Of a stretch of DNA of 64,000 bases, positions 36,901 through 50,351 are shown piece after piece. The position numbers and the translations under genes are program-made. The notes under the pieces were generated by a model that was not told the DNA's origin, searched no databases, and worked only from the letters and a program-made list of their open reading frames with translations. Position 1 is the stretch's first letter. Each line of letters opens with the position of its first letter. Source of the stretch: Octopus sinensis (taxonomy: Eukaryota); contig NC_042998.1 of assembly GCF_006345805.1 (NCBI RefSeq), forward strand, positions 101,556,001-101,620,000. The letters are read 5' to 3'.

Positions 36901-37090
36901 CTTGAAATTTTGGTGGGGGTTACAAGTCAATCACTTCAAGCCTAGTATTTAACTGGTACCTATTTTCTTCGACCTTGAAGAGAGGAAAAGCAAAGTTGAT
37001 TTGGCGGAATTTAAACTCTGAACGTAAAGCCAGAGAGATGTAGCTAAGCATTTTGTCAGACATGCTAACGATACTGGTAGCTCGAAGCCT
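36901..37090 (-). mobile_element. SINE family A, degenerate
   Basis: GGCGGAATTTAAACTCTGAACGTAAAG and related blocks. Confidence 0.7.
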
Positions 37091-38223
37091 TTTGGTGATA
37101 TTAAAATAATAATTAGCTTGTAAATTCAACCACAGTGTTAAATACAAATGTACTAAGCAGCTTTGAATGAAATGTACTTGTATGAAACCATACGCTGCAG
37201 AGAATGCCTCTTATAGGAAATATGTCTGTAAAACGTACCATTCGGCTATGAATGCCTTTATCGGACAATTTTTGCAGCGTATATCTTTCCATTTCTGAGA
37301 ATACACGAACATGCTCAAAATGACTGCATACACCTACATTTCATTCCATGCTGTTTATTGCGCCTTTTATTAAGGAATTCCTGCTTGACAAAGCTTTGCG
37401 TACATCAACAAATCTAAAATATTTCTTAATTCTTTCTAATTTTTTGGTATCTACTCTATTACCATATTATTTTGCAAGAGTTGTTTCTTCCACAAAATGA
37501 TCGTCTTGGTTCCGTCTTTATGGAGAATTCCCGTAAAATCCTGTAATGCTTTGTTCTATATGACAGACTCTGATTCATCATCGTACCACTTTTCTTTCAC
37601 TTTCAATCTCCACGAACAGCTTACATCTCAATATACACTTTTATCTATACTGTTACACTTGCGTTTAGACACTTTTAGTACTCACTTCTCAATTTCAATC
37701 AAGGGACGGTTAAAACTTTGTTTTTTTTCTACAATTTCTGCGTCTGCTCATTCGCAAAATTTTATCATTCCTTCTTTTTATAAAATTCTTTCTAATCGAA
37801 TGTTCCTAAACAGCTATAATTACAGATTAAGCTTCCCGTTTTAGGCTTCAATCTCACAACAACAACAAATTTCCATTATTTCCAACATACCTGATTCATT
37901 CCATGGAATTTCATGTTCATGGACACCAGGACATATCAAGACAGATGATACAGAAATTGTTTCCCGAGGAAAAATTCTCCTTATAGAAAATGCATCTGAA
38001 AAGCACACCCATGACCTATGAATGACATCATGCGTTTCAATATCATTGACAGTTATCTGCTACTGTTAGCGTGTTGTTACTCACAGCTATTAATAACACG
38101 CACACACATGTATATATATACACACAAACATCAACGGGGATTTCAGTCCAACATATGTGTGTGTACGCACACACATACATGCACACACACATACATATAT
38201 GCACACACACACACACACGCACG

Positions 38224-38279
<56 letters not shown>

Positions 38280-39604
38280 TAAACATACATTCAGACACTT
38301 ATACACACGTATTTTTTATGTGATCAAGTAGCATATCCTTAGTTGTAGCCGGTCAAATGCTGCCATGAGTATCACGATTACTATTGTTCTTGGCGTAAAA
38401 TATAAGTGCTCTAAAATCTTTTTATGGTTAGGCTTGCTTGCAGACTTGTGAACAATTACCCGATATACATGCGTACGTACTTACACACTAAAACAAACAC
38501 ACACACACACAAACACACACACTCACACAATGATACATATGTAAATATGTAAATATCAAACAATGAGAAAGATTGGTTGATAAAGATTCTTCATTTGTGT
38601 ATGAAGTTATCCTTGTTTTCATGTTAAGGAAAATCTCAAATTTTTTTCTATGTGACGGGTTTGAAAAGTTGTTGAAATTTTTCTTAACATGAAACCAATC
38701 GCTTCCTTAATACACAAAGTAAGTATTTATATATAACTATAATATAAGGGAAAATATTTTCCTATGCTAAACAGTGTCTCTTGGCAGCCATTCTAAATAA
38801 AAATAAAGGAATGATAGACGATAGGCAAGATAATGTGATCCTATATAAATGATGTCTGAATATAAAGATGAACTATTCTAAGCTGAAACACCAAAACTTC
38901 GATCAGCTCGAATAAAACTGGCCTGGAATCATATTCCATCGACTCAATAAAAAAATGAATAAAAGAAAAAGAGAAAGAATACATGACAATATATATTACA
39001 CTTGAATTACAGAAAAAAAAAATGTTCTCTGCGTCTGCAATTTGGTTCTCTATACTTTCTGGACTAGGACTGACCTGCAGCTAAATAACAAACGAAACAT
39101 GTGTTCATAATGTGCATTCATGCATGGAATTAAATATTGCAGTATTGCCAACTGTGAATTCAGCGTACTGATGCTTCGACGGACTCTTTACCAGCAGGTA
39201 ACAATTACTGATAAGCCTGTAAACAAGCGCTTGTTCATCAATAATCGCTTTTTTTCAATTAATATATGGTAATGAGGGAAACTGTTTCAATAGATAATTA
39301 AAACTAGCGTGCTTGAAGTAATATCGATGATTTCAACTGTGTACCCCCATACATATGCAGACAGACATACACTACAAAATCACATGTTAAGGCATACATG
39401 CATATATACATATATGGTGGTGCTCCAGCATGGCCGCAGTTAAATGACAGAAACAAGTAAATAAAATAAAGAATATATACACAGGTGAGTGGACAAATGC
39501 GAGAAAAAGGCGCTCAACGCATTTAGTAGAATTTACATATTTTAATATTTAAAACAGTTTGAGTCGATTCCATACCGAATCAAACCGTTTTAAATAACAT
39601 CAAC

Positions 39605-39638
<34 letters not shown>

Positions 39639-39769
39639 CATTTTATTCTTTTTAAAATTTTATCTGTTCTTTCTTCTCTTCTCTTCTGTCTTTCTTCCCC
39701 TTTTTTTCTATGACATGACTTTGTAAATGACCAATCTGTTGTGTTTATTTTTATGGCACCCACCCACCA

Positions 39770-39863
39770 ATATACATAGCGAGTTTTTTTGCCCTGGGGG
39801 TTGGGACGATACTCGGCAAGAAATGGAAACGAAAATTGAAAGAAGGGGTTAATGATAATAATC
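39770..39863 (+). mobile_element. Solo 3' terminus of the R4/Dong-type element
   Basis: GAGTTTTTTTGCCCTGGGGGTTGGGACGATACTCGGCAAGAAATGGAAACGAAAATTGAAAGAAG matches the 3' UTR end at 7387-7450; followed by AAT repeats. Confidence 0.7.
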
Positions 39864-40073
39864 GTTTCTACTGTAGGCACAAAGATTGAAATTTTGTGGG
39901 AGGGAGCCAGTCGATTACATCGTCCCTAATTTGTAACTGGTATTTATTTCATCGACTCCGAGAGGATGAAAGGCAAAGTCGATCTCGGCGGAATTTGAAC
40001 TCCAAACGTAAAGTCAGACGAAATGTCGCTAAGTCTTTTGCCTGGCGTGCTAACGATTCTGCCGGCCCGTCGC
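39864..40073 (-). mobile_element. SINE family A
   Basis: GAAAGGCAAAGTCGATCTCGGCGGAATTTGAACTC..GCTAACGATTCTGCC. Confidence 0.82.
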
Positions 40074-40074
40074 T

Positions 40075-40177
<103 letters not shown>

Positions 40178-41540
40178 TGATAATAACGTTCACCCATCTT
40201 TCCTCTCAATTTCATTTTCAATTGAAACTTGAAGAAGTCAATGAGAACTCTACCAAAGCGGAATGTATGTGATTTCATGCCTTTCAGCCTTGTCTACCAA
40301 ATAACCTCTTTTGCCACAGCCACCAGGAAAAGGAAAAGGAAAACTGCCTTGTCTGCCTGATTGAACAAGGGTGGCACGGGCAATCCTCACTACAGACTCG
40401 GCCGATAGATATAATTTTCCTCATCTTTAGTGACACATCTGTAAACGATGGTCCTTTTTGCCGTTTTCTCCATCAAATCTGAAGGGATAGCACGCTTAGT
40501 TTTCCTATGCCCTCTATTGAGGAGTTTTTCTGCTTCACTCAGGTACGCGTGTTTTCCTTCCAAGGAGATTTTCTCCTGCAATTTCTCACTCTTGCAAAGG
40601 AAATGTTGTTTCTAACGTTGTTGGTGTTGACTATATCGTTTTTGCTACTGATGATGTTCTTGTCGGTGTTAGTCAGAGCCAAAGCGAAGCTATTGTTTGC
40701 GGCGATGTTCATATTGTTGACCGAAGTAGCCAAGTTACTTGCTAATGGAGGACATCACATATATTGTAACTGTATGCTTATTTTCTCTCCCATCGAAGAT
40801 TTACTGTTGTTGTTGTTCGTAGTGATTGTGGTGGTGGTGTTGAAGTTGCTGCTTGTAATAGATACGATCATCTTAATTTGCCTGCTTGCTCATCTAATAG
40901 TCACGCCAACAGGCAAAGAGCTGTCATCCTCTCTCATTTTTGTGAAAAGACACTCCTCTGTCCCTCTCCTTCTCTTATCGACAACTGAAACTCCTTCGAA
41001 ACTATTTGTTGCTGCCATTGAGCAAAAATTCTAAATATTTCCACGTGCAATAAAAAAATGTGATAAATCCAGTAAGTCTTCCAAGAAATAGGGGGACTTT
41101 TAACAAAAACAAAAAAAAAAGGAATTCGGCAAAAGAAGGATTCCTTATTCTCCAGCTGGTTTAAGATGACAATTTTCGAAAACAAAATACGGAGCTGAGG
41201 TCATGCGCGGCTTCCCGGCTGACGGCCATAATAATAGCTAGTATCTCGTATCTTATTGGGTCTATCAGATTTTAGTATGGTGAAACTTTCAGGAAGGATA
41301 TCTATGGAAACATGTCATGTAGGCTGCTCTGGTAAGTCAGAGGGTTAGTTTTCTCAATCTCATCGAGCCTGATAATTACTTTGATTTATATTAAGTGTAC
41401 TAATGTTTGGTAGATATACTAACACTGTAACTAAACGTGTGGTGGTCCCGTTAACCCATCAGGATATATATTAGAAAGCATGTATATATGACCTGAAATT
41501 TTAAGATAGAGTTTCCGACTATTTTTAAGAAGGAAATTAA

Positions 41541-41731
41541 GGCGGCGAGCTGGTAGAATTGTTAGTACGCTGATGCTTAGCGGTATTTCGCCCGTCGCTA
41601 GGTTCTGAGTTCAAATTCCACCAAGGTCGATTTTGTCTTTCATCCTTTCGGGGTCGATAAATTATGTACCAGTGAAACTAGTCCCCTCCCCCAGAATTTC
41701 AGGCCTTGTGCCTATAGTAGATAGGATTATT
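41541..41731 (+). mobile_element. SINE family A
   Basis: GGCGGCGAGCTGGTAGAA..GTTCTGAGTTCAAATTCC..CATCCTTTCGGGGTCGATAAA. Confidence 0.85.
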
Positions 41732-42339
41732 AAAAATGAAATTCATACTCTCTAAATATATAGTAGACTATTTTTATAATGTAAAAATCTTCACGGAAAA
41801 GTTTTGAGAGTGAGAGACGAATTATCAATAGGAATATCCTTTGGTTTTGGGCTATGGTGTAATGCGAAAGTGCTTTGCCTTGATTTAATATTGTGAGACA
41901 TAAATTTGTCTTGTCTACTGAATTAATCGGTGAGCGAACCTCCTGACAAACTCACATTCAATTTTGGTGACACTAGACAGACCATTACAACAGTCGTTCG
42001 CAGATGCCTATAAGAAGAAATGGAGAAGAAATGTATTGAAATACTCAATACTTTTATAGTGATGGCTCTGGATGGCTTGTACTGAAGCAGTTATAGCATC
42101 TAGTGAACTTATTAGCTCTGTTGCAGAATATTCGAGACGACTGTTTTCGTGACAATTATAAGGGTAAACAACTCTACAGTAAATAATATTTTCTACCGTT
42201 ATTCTACAAAGTACCTACACAAAATAGGTAAAGTATTGTGCATTTTATAATCAAAGTGTTTTCCCACTAGTTGAACATTTCTTCTGTGATGATAGAAGTG
42301 GAGAAAGGTTGGTGGTAAATTCGATAACTACGATATTAG

Positions 42340-42455
42340 CATATCAAATTTTCATTATTTACGTTTGACGGATATTTGTTCTCATCATGTTTGTTGTTAA
42401 CACAATGTTTCGGCTGATATATCCTCCAACCTTCATCAGGTGTCTTGGGGAAATG
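42340..42455 (-). mobile_element. Penelope-like repeat fragment with a minimal hammerhead motif at 42399-42444
   Basis: Minus strand GACAC-CTGATGA-A-GGTTG(GAGGATATAT)CAGCC-GAAA-CAT-T-GTGTT. Confidence 0.6.
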
Positions 42456-43387
42456 TAGAGCTATATTGGCATATCAAAGTTATCGAATTAGCATATCTGT
42501 AACTGGGGGGGGGGTAAACATGAATTTATATTTTTCCGGGTGCGAAGATCAATATAATAGGCTAATGCCAGAAATACAGTGATAAAATTAAGCGCGGGAC
42601 AACTTGTATTGAGTATGGATTACAACTGAGAGATTTTGTGAATGTTTGGGATATTGACATACCCGAATAGTGAATTTGACACGAAAAATGCTAAGTATAA
42701 CATAACTGTATTTACTGGCTATAAAGCTTTTGTGTAAATACTATCTTTATATCTTTAAAGATATAAATGACTTCTGGGAATGAGGAAAAATGTCAAGTTT
42801 ATCGGTTCATGAATAAAATGTCGAAGTTCAGGATGTGAATTGTAGGTTGTCAGTAACGTCGTTAGATATTTCGAAAATTTCTTTCCGTGGATGTTTGTGC
42901 TTGCTTATGAACAAGGTTTGTTCGCATACATTGACGCACACACACACACATACACACACACACACACACACAACACACACACACACACACACACACACCA
43001 CACACACACACACGAGAGCTCGCTAAACACGGTTTATTTGTGCAGTAAAGGATGAGATAAGATATAATGTGAACGCTTTAAAGTCTAAAAGAGAGAAAAA
43101 AAGAAAGAAAAACAATTCATATGTTTGAGTTCTGGCTCTATCAAACTTCAAGGCAGAAGAAAATAGGATGGAATGTTCTGTCAGAACGTTACAAGTCCAG
43201 TTCGTTAATGATTGCTGGGATCTAAAGAATAGCGGTCTTCTGAGATATTCCTGCCAGATTCAGCGAAGATCTTAGCTGGTAACATGAAGATGTGCAATAA
43301 TTGAATTTCGAAATCTGTAATTTTGTCTGGGAGCACCGGTCTTGCGACAGATCTCATATGATAAGAGTATTTACACAGACACACAGA

Positions 43388-43423
<36 letters not shown>

Positions 43424-43573
43424 ACACACACACACACAAAAATACACCATGATACACGCGACAAAGATAAACCAAGTTATTGAATAATCATACACCAGGC
43501 AAACTAACGTATATATGAGGCAAAGCAAATATCCAGATTCGTCTCTATCTATCTATCTATCTATCTATCTATC

Positions 43574-43613
<40 letters not shown>

Positions 43614-43659
43614 GTGCACACACACGCATATATACATTCACACACACATACACACACAT

Positions 43660-44088
43660 GCAACGTTAAACCCTCCTTCTTTCCTTCTTTCCTGAGCGTC
43701 CAATAATACTATACTTGTTCCACGTCCTCGCGTTGTGTTTTCTCTTCGTGTTTTCATGTTTGGATTAACTATATATATATATATATCACGTGATCACGTG
43801 ACCGACCAGACCATCAGATGTTGTTACACATCGCTGGTCACAATGCGTTCGCATTGTTTTAGCCTTCGAATGACGCCACCCCACTGGCTAAGCGAGCAGG
43901 CCAACAGAAGAGAAAGAATGGGAGAAAGAGTGGTGAAAGAGTATACCAGGGATCACCCCCCCACCGCCTGCCGGAGCCTCGAGGAGCTTTTAGGTGTTTT
44001 CGCTCAATAAATACTCACAACGCCCGGTCTGGGAATCGAAACCGCGACCCTGCGACCGCGAGTCCGCTGCCCTAACCACTATGCCATT
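43660..44088 (-). mobile_element. SINE family C with a different 3' tail
   Basis: Minus strand AATGGCATAGTGGTTAGGGCAGCGGACTCGCGGTCGCAGGGTCGCGGTTTCGATTCCC (A and B boxes). Confidence 0.85.
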
Positions 44089-44092
44089 ATAT

Positions 44093-44148
<56 letters not shown>

Positions 44149-45019
44149 GTGTATGAGAACACGCATGTTCATACTCTCTCTCTCCCCCACACACACATGC
44201 ACACGCACATGCAAAAATGATATACGCATATGTACTGATGTATGTACATATACATGACAACACAACTTACACACTCTCTCTTTATCTCTCTCTTTTCTCT
44301 CTCTCTCTTCCCCTCTCTCTCCCTCTCTCTGTCTTTCACTCTCCTTCTCTCTCTCTCTTTCTTTCACACACGTCCATTTCATATACAAGTACATATATCT
44401 TTCACTTTCTCCTCGCATTTTAAAACAAAAAGTAATAAATAAAAGTAATTTAGGGAAATTAACGAACTCCGGATGACAATTCTGAGAGTCACTTGAAAGT
44501 GATTAAAAAAAAACATTAAGATATTGTCTGTTTAAAAAAAGCTAACGTATAAATACTGTAGAAACAACTTACATTTTTGAAATCACTTTCAGTTAAAAAA
44601 TATTTCTAAATGATTAAAATATTATGTACGTCAAAAGTTGAGATTTTTTTTCTATCTTAGAGAACTCGAAGTCTATGTGTGTGTATATGTCATAGATAGT
44701 GGGCTGAGTTTGTGTTGGTTGACAAGCCATGACATTCATTATATATGTTTGTGTATTCTGTATGTGCGTATGTGTATTGATGTCACGGAAGCCATGTTGT
44801 TTTTCAAAAAAATAACAAACATGAATTGGGTCTAATCATTTTCGTTAATAAATAAAGGTTCAAATATCACAAAAGTTTGTATTGCACTACCGAAGGTAAG
44901 TATGAAAATAAATATGGAAAAAAAATAATTATGATGAAGATAAAATGTACTATTTCTGAGATATTTCCGGTACAAACACATTAATATTATCACGATAAGT
45001 CTCAGATATCATGGCCCAT

Positions 45020-45680
45020 AAAGAATGAGTGGACCAGGAGAATAAAGCGACTATGGTCATTAGAACTCTCAGCTTGCAACAAATATATTGCCTAGAACAC
45101 CTTTGCAGTGCTTGTCCTCACGTCTACGCTTTGCTTTCTAACCTGGTCTCTAGAAGTACTCAATGAGTTATATGTTGAAACTCGCAAGCTGCTCGGTGTT
45201 GGAAATAACTTCAATACTAATGGCGATGTAGACAGGTTATACTTCACAAGCAAGGATGATGGTTGTAGCCTGAAATATGCACTAATGTCATATGAAGCAC
45301 GTATTGTAATAGTGAAGCAATATCTGTAGCAGAAGAAAGAGACCAGTAACTATCTGTCCAAGATTTTGACTAAGAAATCTAGAACATAATGAGGATAGCT
45401 AACGAACTTGAGAGGAGATATGAAAAAAGAAAAGGTGGGTAAAAAAACAGGACATCTATGGACCATTGATAAGGAGTTTGGAAACCAGCACTGAAGATGC
45501 ATTTTCACTTTCAGCTTCCTACGTATTATTGTTGGAGCAACAGGATGCATACAAATTCGTCTGAATCAAATTATGGCTGAATTTGGGTTTAGTGGGCGAG
45601 AACGCAAATCCGTAATTCACACGCTACATATTATCACAATATATGGGACTAAAAATCTTCAAGACCTCTTTCAGAATTAA
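45020..45680 (+). pseudogene. Decayed R4/Dong-type RT thumb and C-terminal remnant
   Basis: LWSLELSACNKYIA*NTFAVLVLT..WSLEVLNELYVETRKLL..NGDVDRLYFTSKDDGCSL (cf. DVDRLY..R..GGRGL); IIVGATG near the end. Confidence 0.7.
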
Positions 45681-45786
45681 AGGATGACGAATAATACAAG
45701 ATGCCTAACTTCACAATCCTGCTGCCAATTACGTGACTAGTCGAAACTTCTTCTAAATTAAAAAGAGATCATAAATACACACATGC

Positions 45787-45872
<86 letters not shown>

Positions 45873-45885
45873 GTCTGTCTGTCCG

Positions 45886-45921
<36 letters not shown>

Positions 45922-48620
45922 GTTTCTATTTTCTTTTTGTAACGTAAAATTATATATATATGTATGTGGGTATGTATATAAGTATATATATTTCCCCCTC
46001 TCGAACAATACATTCTTATAGTTTTCATAATAAATATTGTTTTACATTTCACTTGTTTTTTTATATTTTTAAAATTAATAAATTTTTTTTTTTATTAATT
46101 TTTAATTTTCGAACGATTGTCACGTTATGCTGGCAAATAGTCTTTCCTCTAGAGTACTGTTACTGAATGTCTCCTGTTGAGAGATTTACAAATAGAAATT
46201 TTCTATTTTATTAGATCGGTCATTGTGTATCACTATGAAAACTATATATTTCGAACATGAATTTAGCAGCGCCACCCTTAGCCTAACAATTATTTTGTCC
46301 TGCTCAAGGGAAATTACCAAGAAATCGCGATACACAGATATTGTTTGTGCTGTGTGGGGATGCTAAACTCACTTATAAGGTAAGTTTAGGACGCAGATAG
46401 TATGTCGTTTAGCCAATTGGAGACAAGCCTTTCTGAAGCTAGACAACAGTAACATTCGTCCTAAATCAAGACTGCCACGTTATGTGGGCAAATAATCTTT
46501 ACACTAGAGTGCTGTTACTGAATGTCTCTCGATGAGAGATTTACAAATAGAAATTTTCTATCTCAATATATTATCTATTTAACTAAAACCCCTTTTTACC
46601 CTAACGCCTTATCCCCCCCCCAGTTACGAAGACTTTGCAACGTATTGCATAATATCATATTCTATTTCTGCTGATTCTAGACTCTTAATCTTAATATTTT
46701 TAATGTTTTAATCCTTTAAATTTGTAAACATAATATATTATATATTTAACCCCGCAGTCTTCTAATTATTTTGGAATTTACAGAAAAGTCTTGTGAATTT
46801 GTATTCTACACACGAGTGTTCATACGATTACGCAAAAACCACCTCACTAGAAAGAGAAAAAACATTTGGTACGTGATATAAGGCCTAATTAGTTATTACC
46901 TTTATCATATCTCACGACCACCATTTGATAAACTAAATATGACCGCGTGAGTAAGCAGCTTGTTACAACAGAAACAGGCACCTATATGTCTGTGGCTTTC
47001 GACTGGCTAAAATTATCCAAAATTTGCAAACATTAAAAGCTATTAACTTTTTATTTATTCATTTATTCCGAAAAAGAATTTCATGACAACGATCGCTTTA
47101 CAAAACTTCATCAATACGCTAAATATGAAATCAACAGGAGCAAAAATTGAAAATATTGAAAAGTGGCAGATAAACAGAAATGAGGATAAAAACACGGACA
47201 CATAATTATCTATGAGACAGGTTTCTACACCGATTCTTTTAATCAAATTCACTCACAAGGCATTGTTCGGCCCGGGCTATTGTAATAAACACTTTCCCAA
47301 GTTATCGCGCAAGGGACCTGAACCTAAAACCATTCTTAGGTATGGTTCTGTTTATGTATATGCTGTCTGTTAATATTTTCCTATATAGACTTGTAAGTTG
47401 TACTGCATTGCATTGCTTATTGTTTTAAATGCATAGTGCCTTCCAGTAAGATGTCGTATATGTATGGCAAATATATCAGGTGTACATGTCTAGTTTACAA
47501 TAGACATGTTTGCAATAAAATTTATGAAACATTTTGGTCATTAGTAGGCTTATTGCTTACTTGGCTGAAAATTGGCAGGGATACTAAATATGTGGTGAGG
47601 ATGAAACCCGCGATGGTTAAAATTCGCAAGCTATAAAGATGTGGTTGCTATGGCAAGAGTGGTTCTTCATCGATTCGAGGGGTCCCAGAGCCCCTCTAGG
47701 TTTTTGCGATTGGCTTTTAATGCTCAACGACATGCACTGCAGGCTGTTGTGGTAAATAAACATACATTTTGTGGTGAAATTCCGGCTACTAGGAAACGAT
47801 TTTTCATTGTGAAAAAACGATTGCTTTTGCCCTCATTTTCTTTTTAATGTATTATAATCATAATCTTGAGTTTATGAATGAGAAAAGAAGGGGTGATACA
47901 TGAATAAGGAAGGACGGGGGTGATGTCAATTTTTTTTTTAGCTCCTATGGTTATCGAGATAATCTACTACAATTACACTCTTGTGTTTATGAATGAGAAA
48001 GGAAAGGATAATACATGAATAAGGAAGGATGGGGTGATGTCATACTTGATAGTGTGATGATGAAAATTGTATGCTGAAAAAATAAATGAAACAGCGTTTA
48101 AAATTTGTGTGAATGTAAAAGGGGGGATGTGTGTGTGTGCGAGCGCAATGGAAGTGAGATGGTTGGGGTATGTGAATGTGTGTGGTGCGCAATGGAGGTG
48201 TGATGGTTAACATTCAACGCTGAAAAGAATAACCAGCGTTACAACTGTGTATTTGGGATGTTTCACTTGAGTAAAATCTGTTCTCTATAAAGGTGCGTGT
48301 CTGTGTTTTGTTGATATAATTTCTTTGGAATTTCTCGACCAAATTTTCTTTAGCATCATTATTATTAATTTTATGCATTTCTAACCAATTTGGAGATATT
48401 TGATGATTATTTGCTTTATTTCTCAGGCAAAATTTACAACTTACAATACAAAAATAAAATTATTTCATTCATAAATTGATTAGCTGTTTTTAGTGATGAC
48501 TTGAAATGGGAAATATATTTTCTAACTGTATTTACTTGAAAAACCATACTTTTCTTTATATTTAGCAATTCTTTATACCTACTTTTACGATGTGCCTAAA
48601 GGAAGACCATCATTATAGAT

Positions 48621-48824
48621 CAGCGTTTCTCAACCTTCTTCGCAATTCAGCTCCCCTTGGACATTGAAAAATTTAATTCTGCTCCCGTGTTGGTGAAAAA
48701 TTTAATTCCCATGTATCTTAGGTAGACCAGCCGGCCCAATAAAAATCTGAGAAGGGGATGGGGAGTCAGTAAATTTTCATACAGCTGGAGGCTTCAATCG
48801 AAATGATAAGGTTGAGAAATGCTA
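48621..48824. mobile_element. hAT (Charlie-like) MITE, 204 bp
   Basis: TIRs CAGCGTTTCTCAACCT / AGGTTGAGAAATGCTA; 8-bp target duplication TTATAGAT (48613-20) / GTATAGAT (48825-32), one mismatch. Confidence 0.8.
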
Positions 48825-48914
48825 GTATAGATTATGCCTAACCGAAAACGATCACAGCCACATCCTCCAAAGAGACCAGGTGAAACCGGGCTTAGCTGCT
48901 AGTATATATATATA

Positions 48915-48961
<47 letters not shown>

Positions 48962-49219
48962 TAGATACGTGGGGTGGGGGCGTATCTTTCTATGTATAAA
49001 TACACGTATGATTTGCATTCAACATCTTTCCTTGATATATTTGACCTATAATCATAGTAATTTCTGAAATGTCCCCTTAGACGTAATATTACGACAAGTA
49101 ACAAGGACAACACTATGTCATGTTTTATACTTTGTTCAGCAACAGCTATGAGATAGTTGTGACTGTTGTTTCTAACCGGTTGACTCCACACTAATCTTTT
49201 GTCATATGCGTGTGTGTGT

Positions 49220-49301
<82 letters not shown>

Positions 49302-50304
49302 TTGTTTGTAGTTCGGTAGTTTATTCCTAATTTGCAAAATAATATCTACCTACTTATTAAGTAACTTTGTGTTCAGTTTATGCGGGAAAGAAAGGTTAAG
49401 TTCGTAAAATAATTTTCTGAATAACTATGTTTATTTTGGGAGGTGTTTGGTTAAACTTGACTGCAGTGCAAATACGATAGAGAATATTATCATATCATTT
49501 ACAATACTTGCTCAAACTCATATTTTTTTCAGCATAAATTTCTTTTAATCAACGATAATTGCACGCACGAAAGATAGTGATCACCGTGTTAGATGGCAAA
49601 CAATGATGGCAATAGCAGACAACAAACGAAAAACGATAACTACGAATATGACAACAAAGACAAGAAAACACTAATGACAAGAGCAAGTACAAAATTAATA
49701 GATGTTACTAGATTAACTAAAACAATGCATTGAGAATGAGTAAAGTGGTGAAGAAACAAAAACGTCTAATATGCAAAACGTAAAAATTCTAGCAATATTA
49801 AATAACGCAAAGTGTAAAAGATTAAAAAAAATATTTATCAGATAATGAACTAACTAGAACAAAACAGCAATTAAGTGCATGATAAAACCGGCGTCATCGT
49901 CGTTATCGTCGTCGTCATCATCATCATCTTCATCATGACAGCAATAAAAACGACTACAAATGTAATGGTTTTACGGAGAAAATAATAACAGTAAGAGAAA
50001 AGGCAAGAACTATTTGATGTAGTTTTAAACAATAACAAAAGCGATCGCTGCGAAACCAGTTGCAATAACTACGTAACTAAATTAACACCAGATCATGAAG
50101 AGACCTACAACGTAAACGTCCTAATTACAAGAAGTAGCAGCTGTCTTCTTCAATTCTCACCTTACAGTCTTAGATAAACGAAGAACAATTTCGATAATAA
50201 TGGAAGATATTTGATCAAAGTATGTTCCATCAAGGCTGACGTGGTATTATAATTTAACTCAAACCTTTGTTTCAGTACTCACACACAGACACACACACTC
50301 GCTG

Positions 50305-50351
<47 letters not shown>

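Noticed and set aside
40507-41034. 175-aa hydrophobic ORF on the + strand as a membrane protein
   Set aside because: Its L/V/F richness is the antisense shadow of an A/C-rich minus strand; there is no family signature.
41290-41325. GGAAACATGTC resembling a minimal hammerhead 3' half
   Set aside because: No CUGANGA and no stems I or II could be placed; too degenerate to call.
43990-44088. tRNA gene
   Set aside because: The tRNA-like head continues into a SINE body shared with 22261-22556 and lacks a proper acceptor stem, so it is a SINE head.
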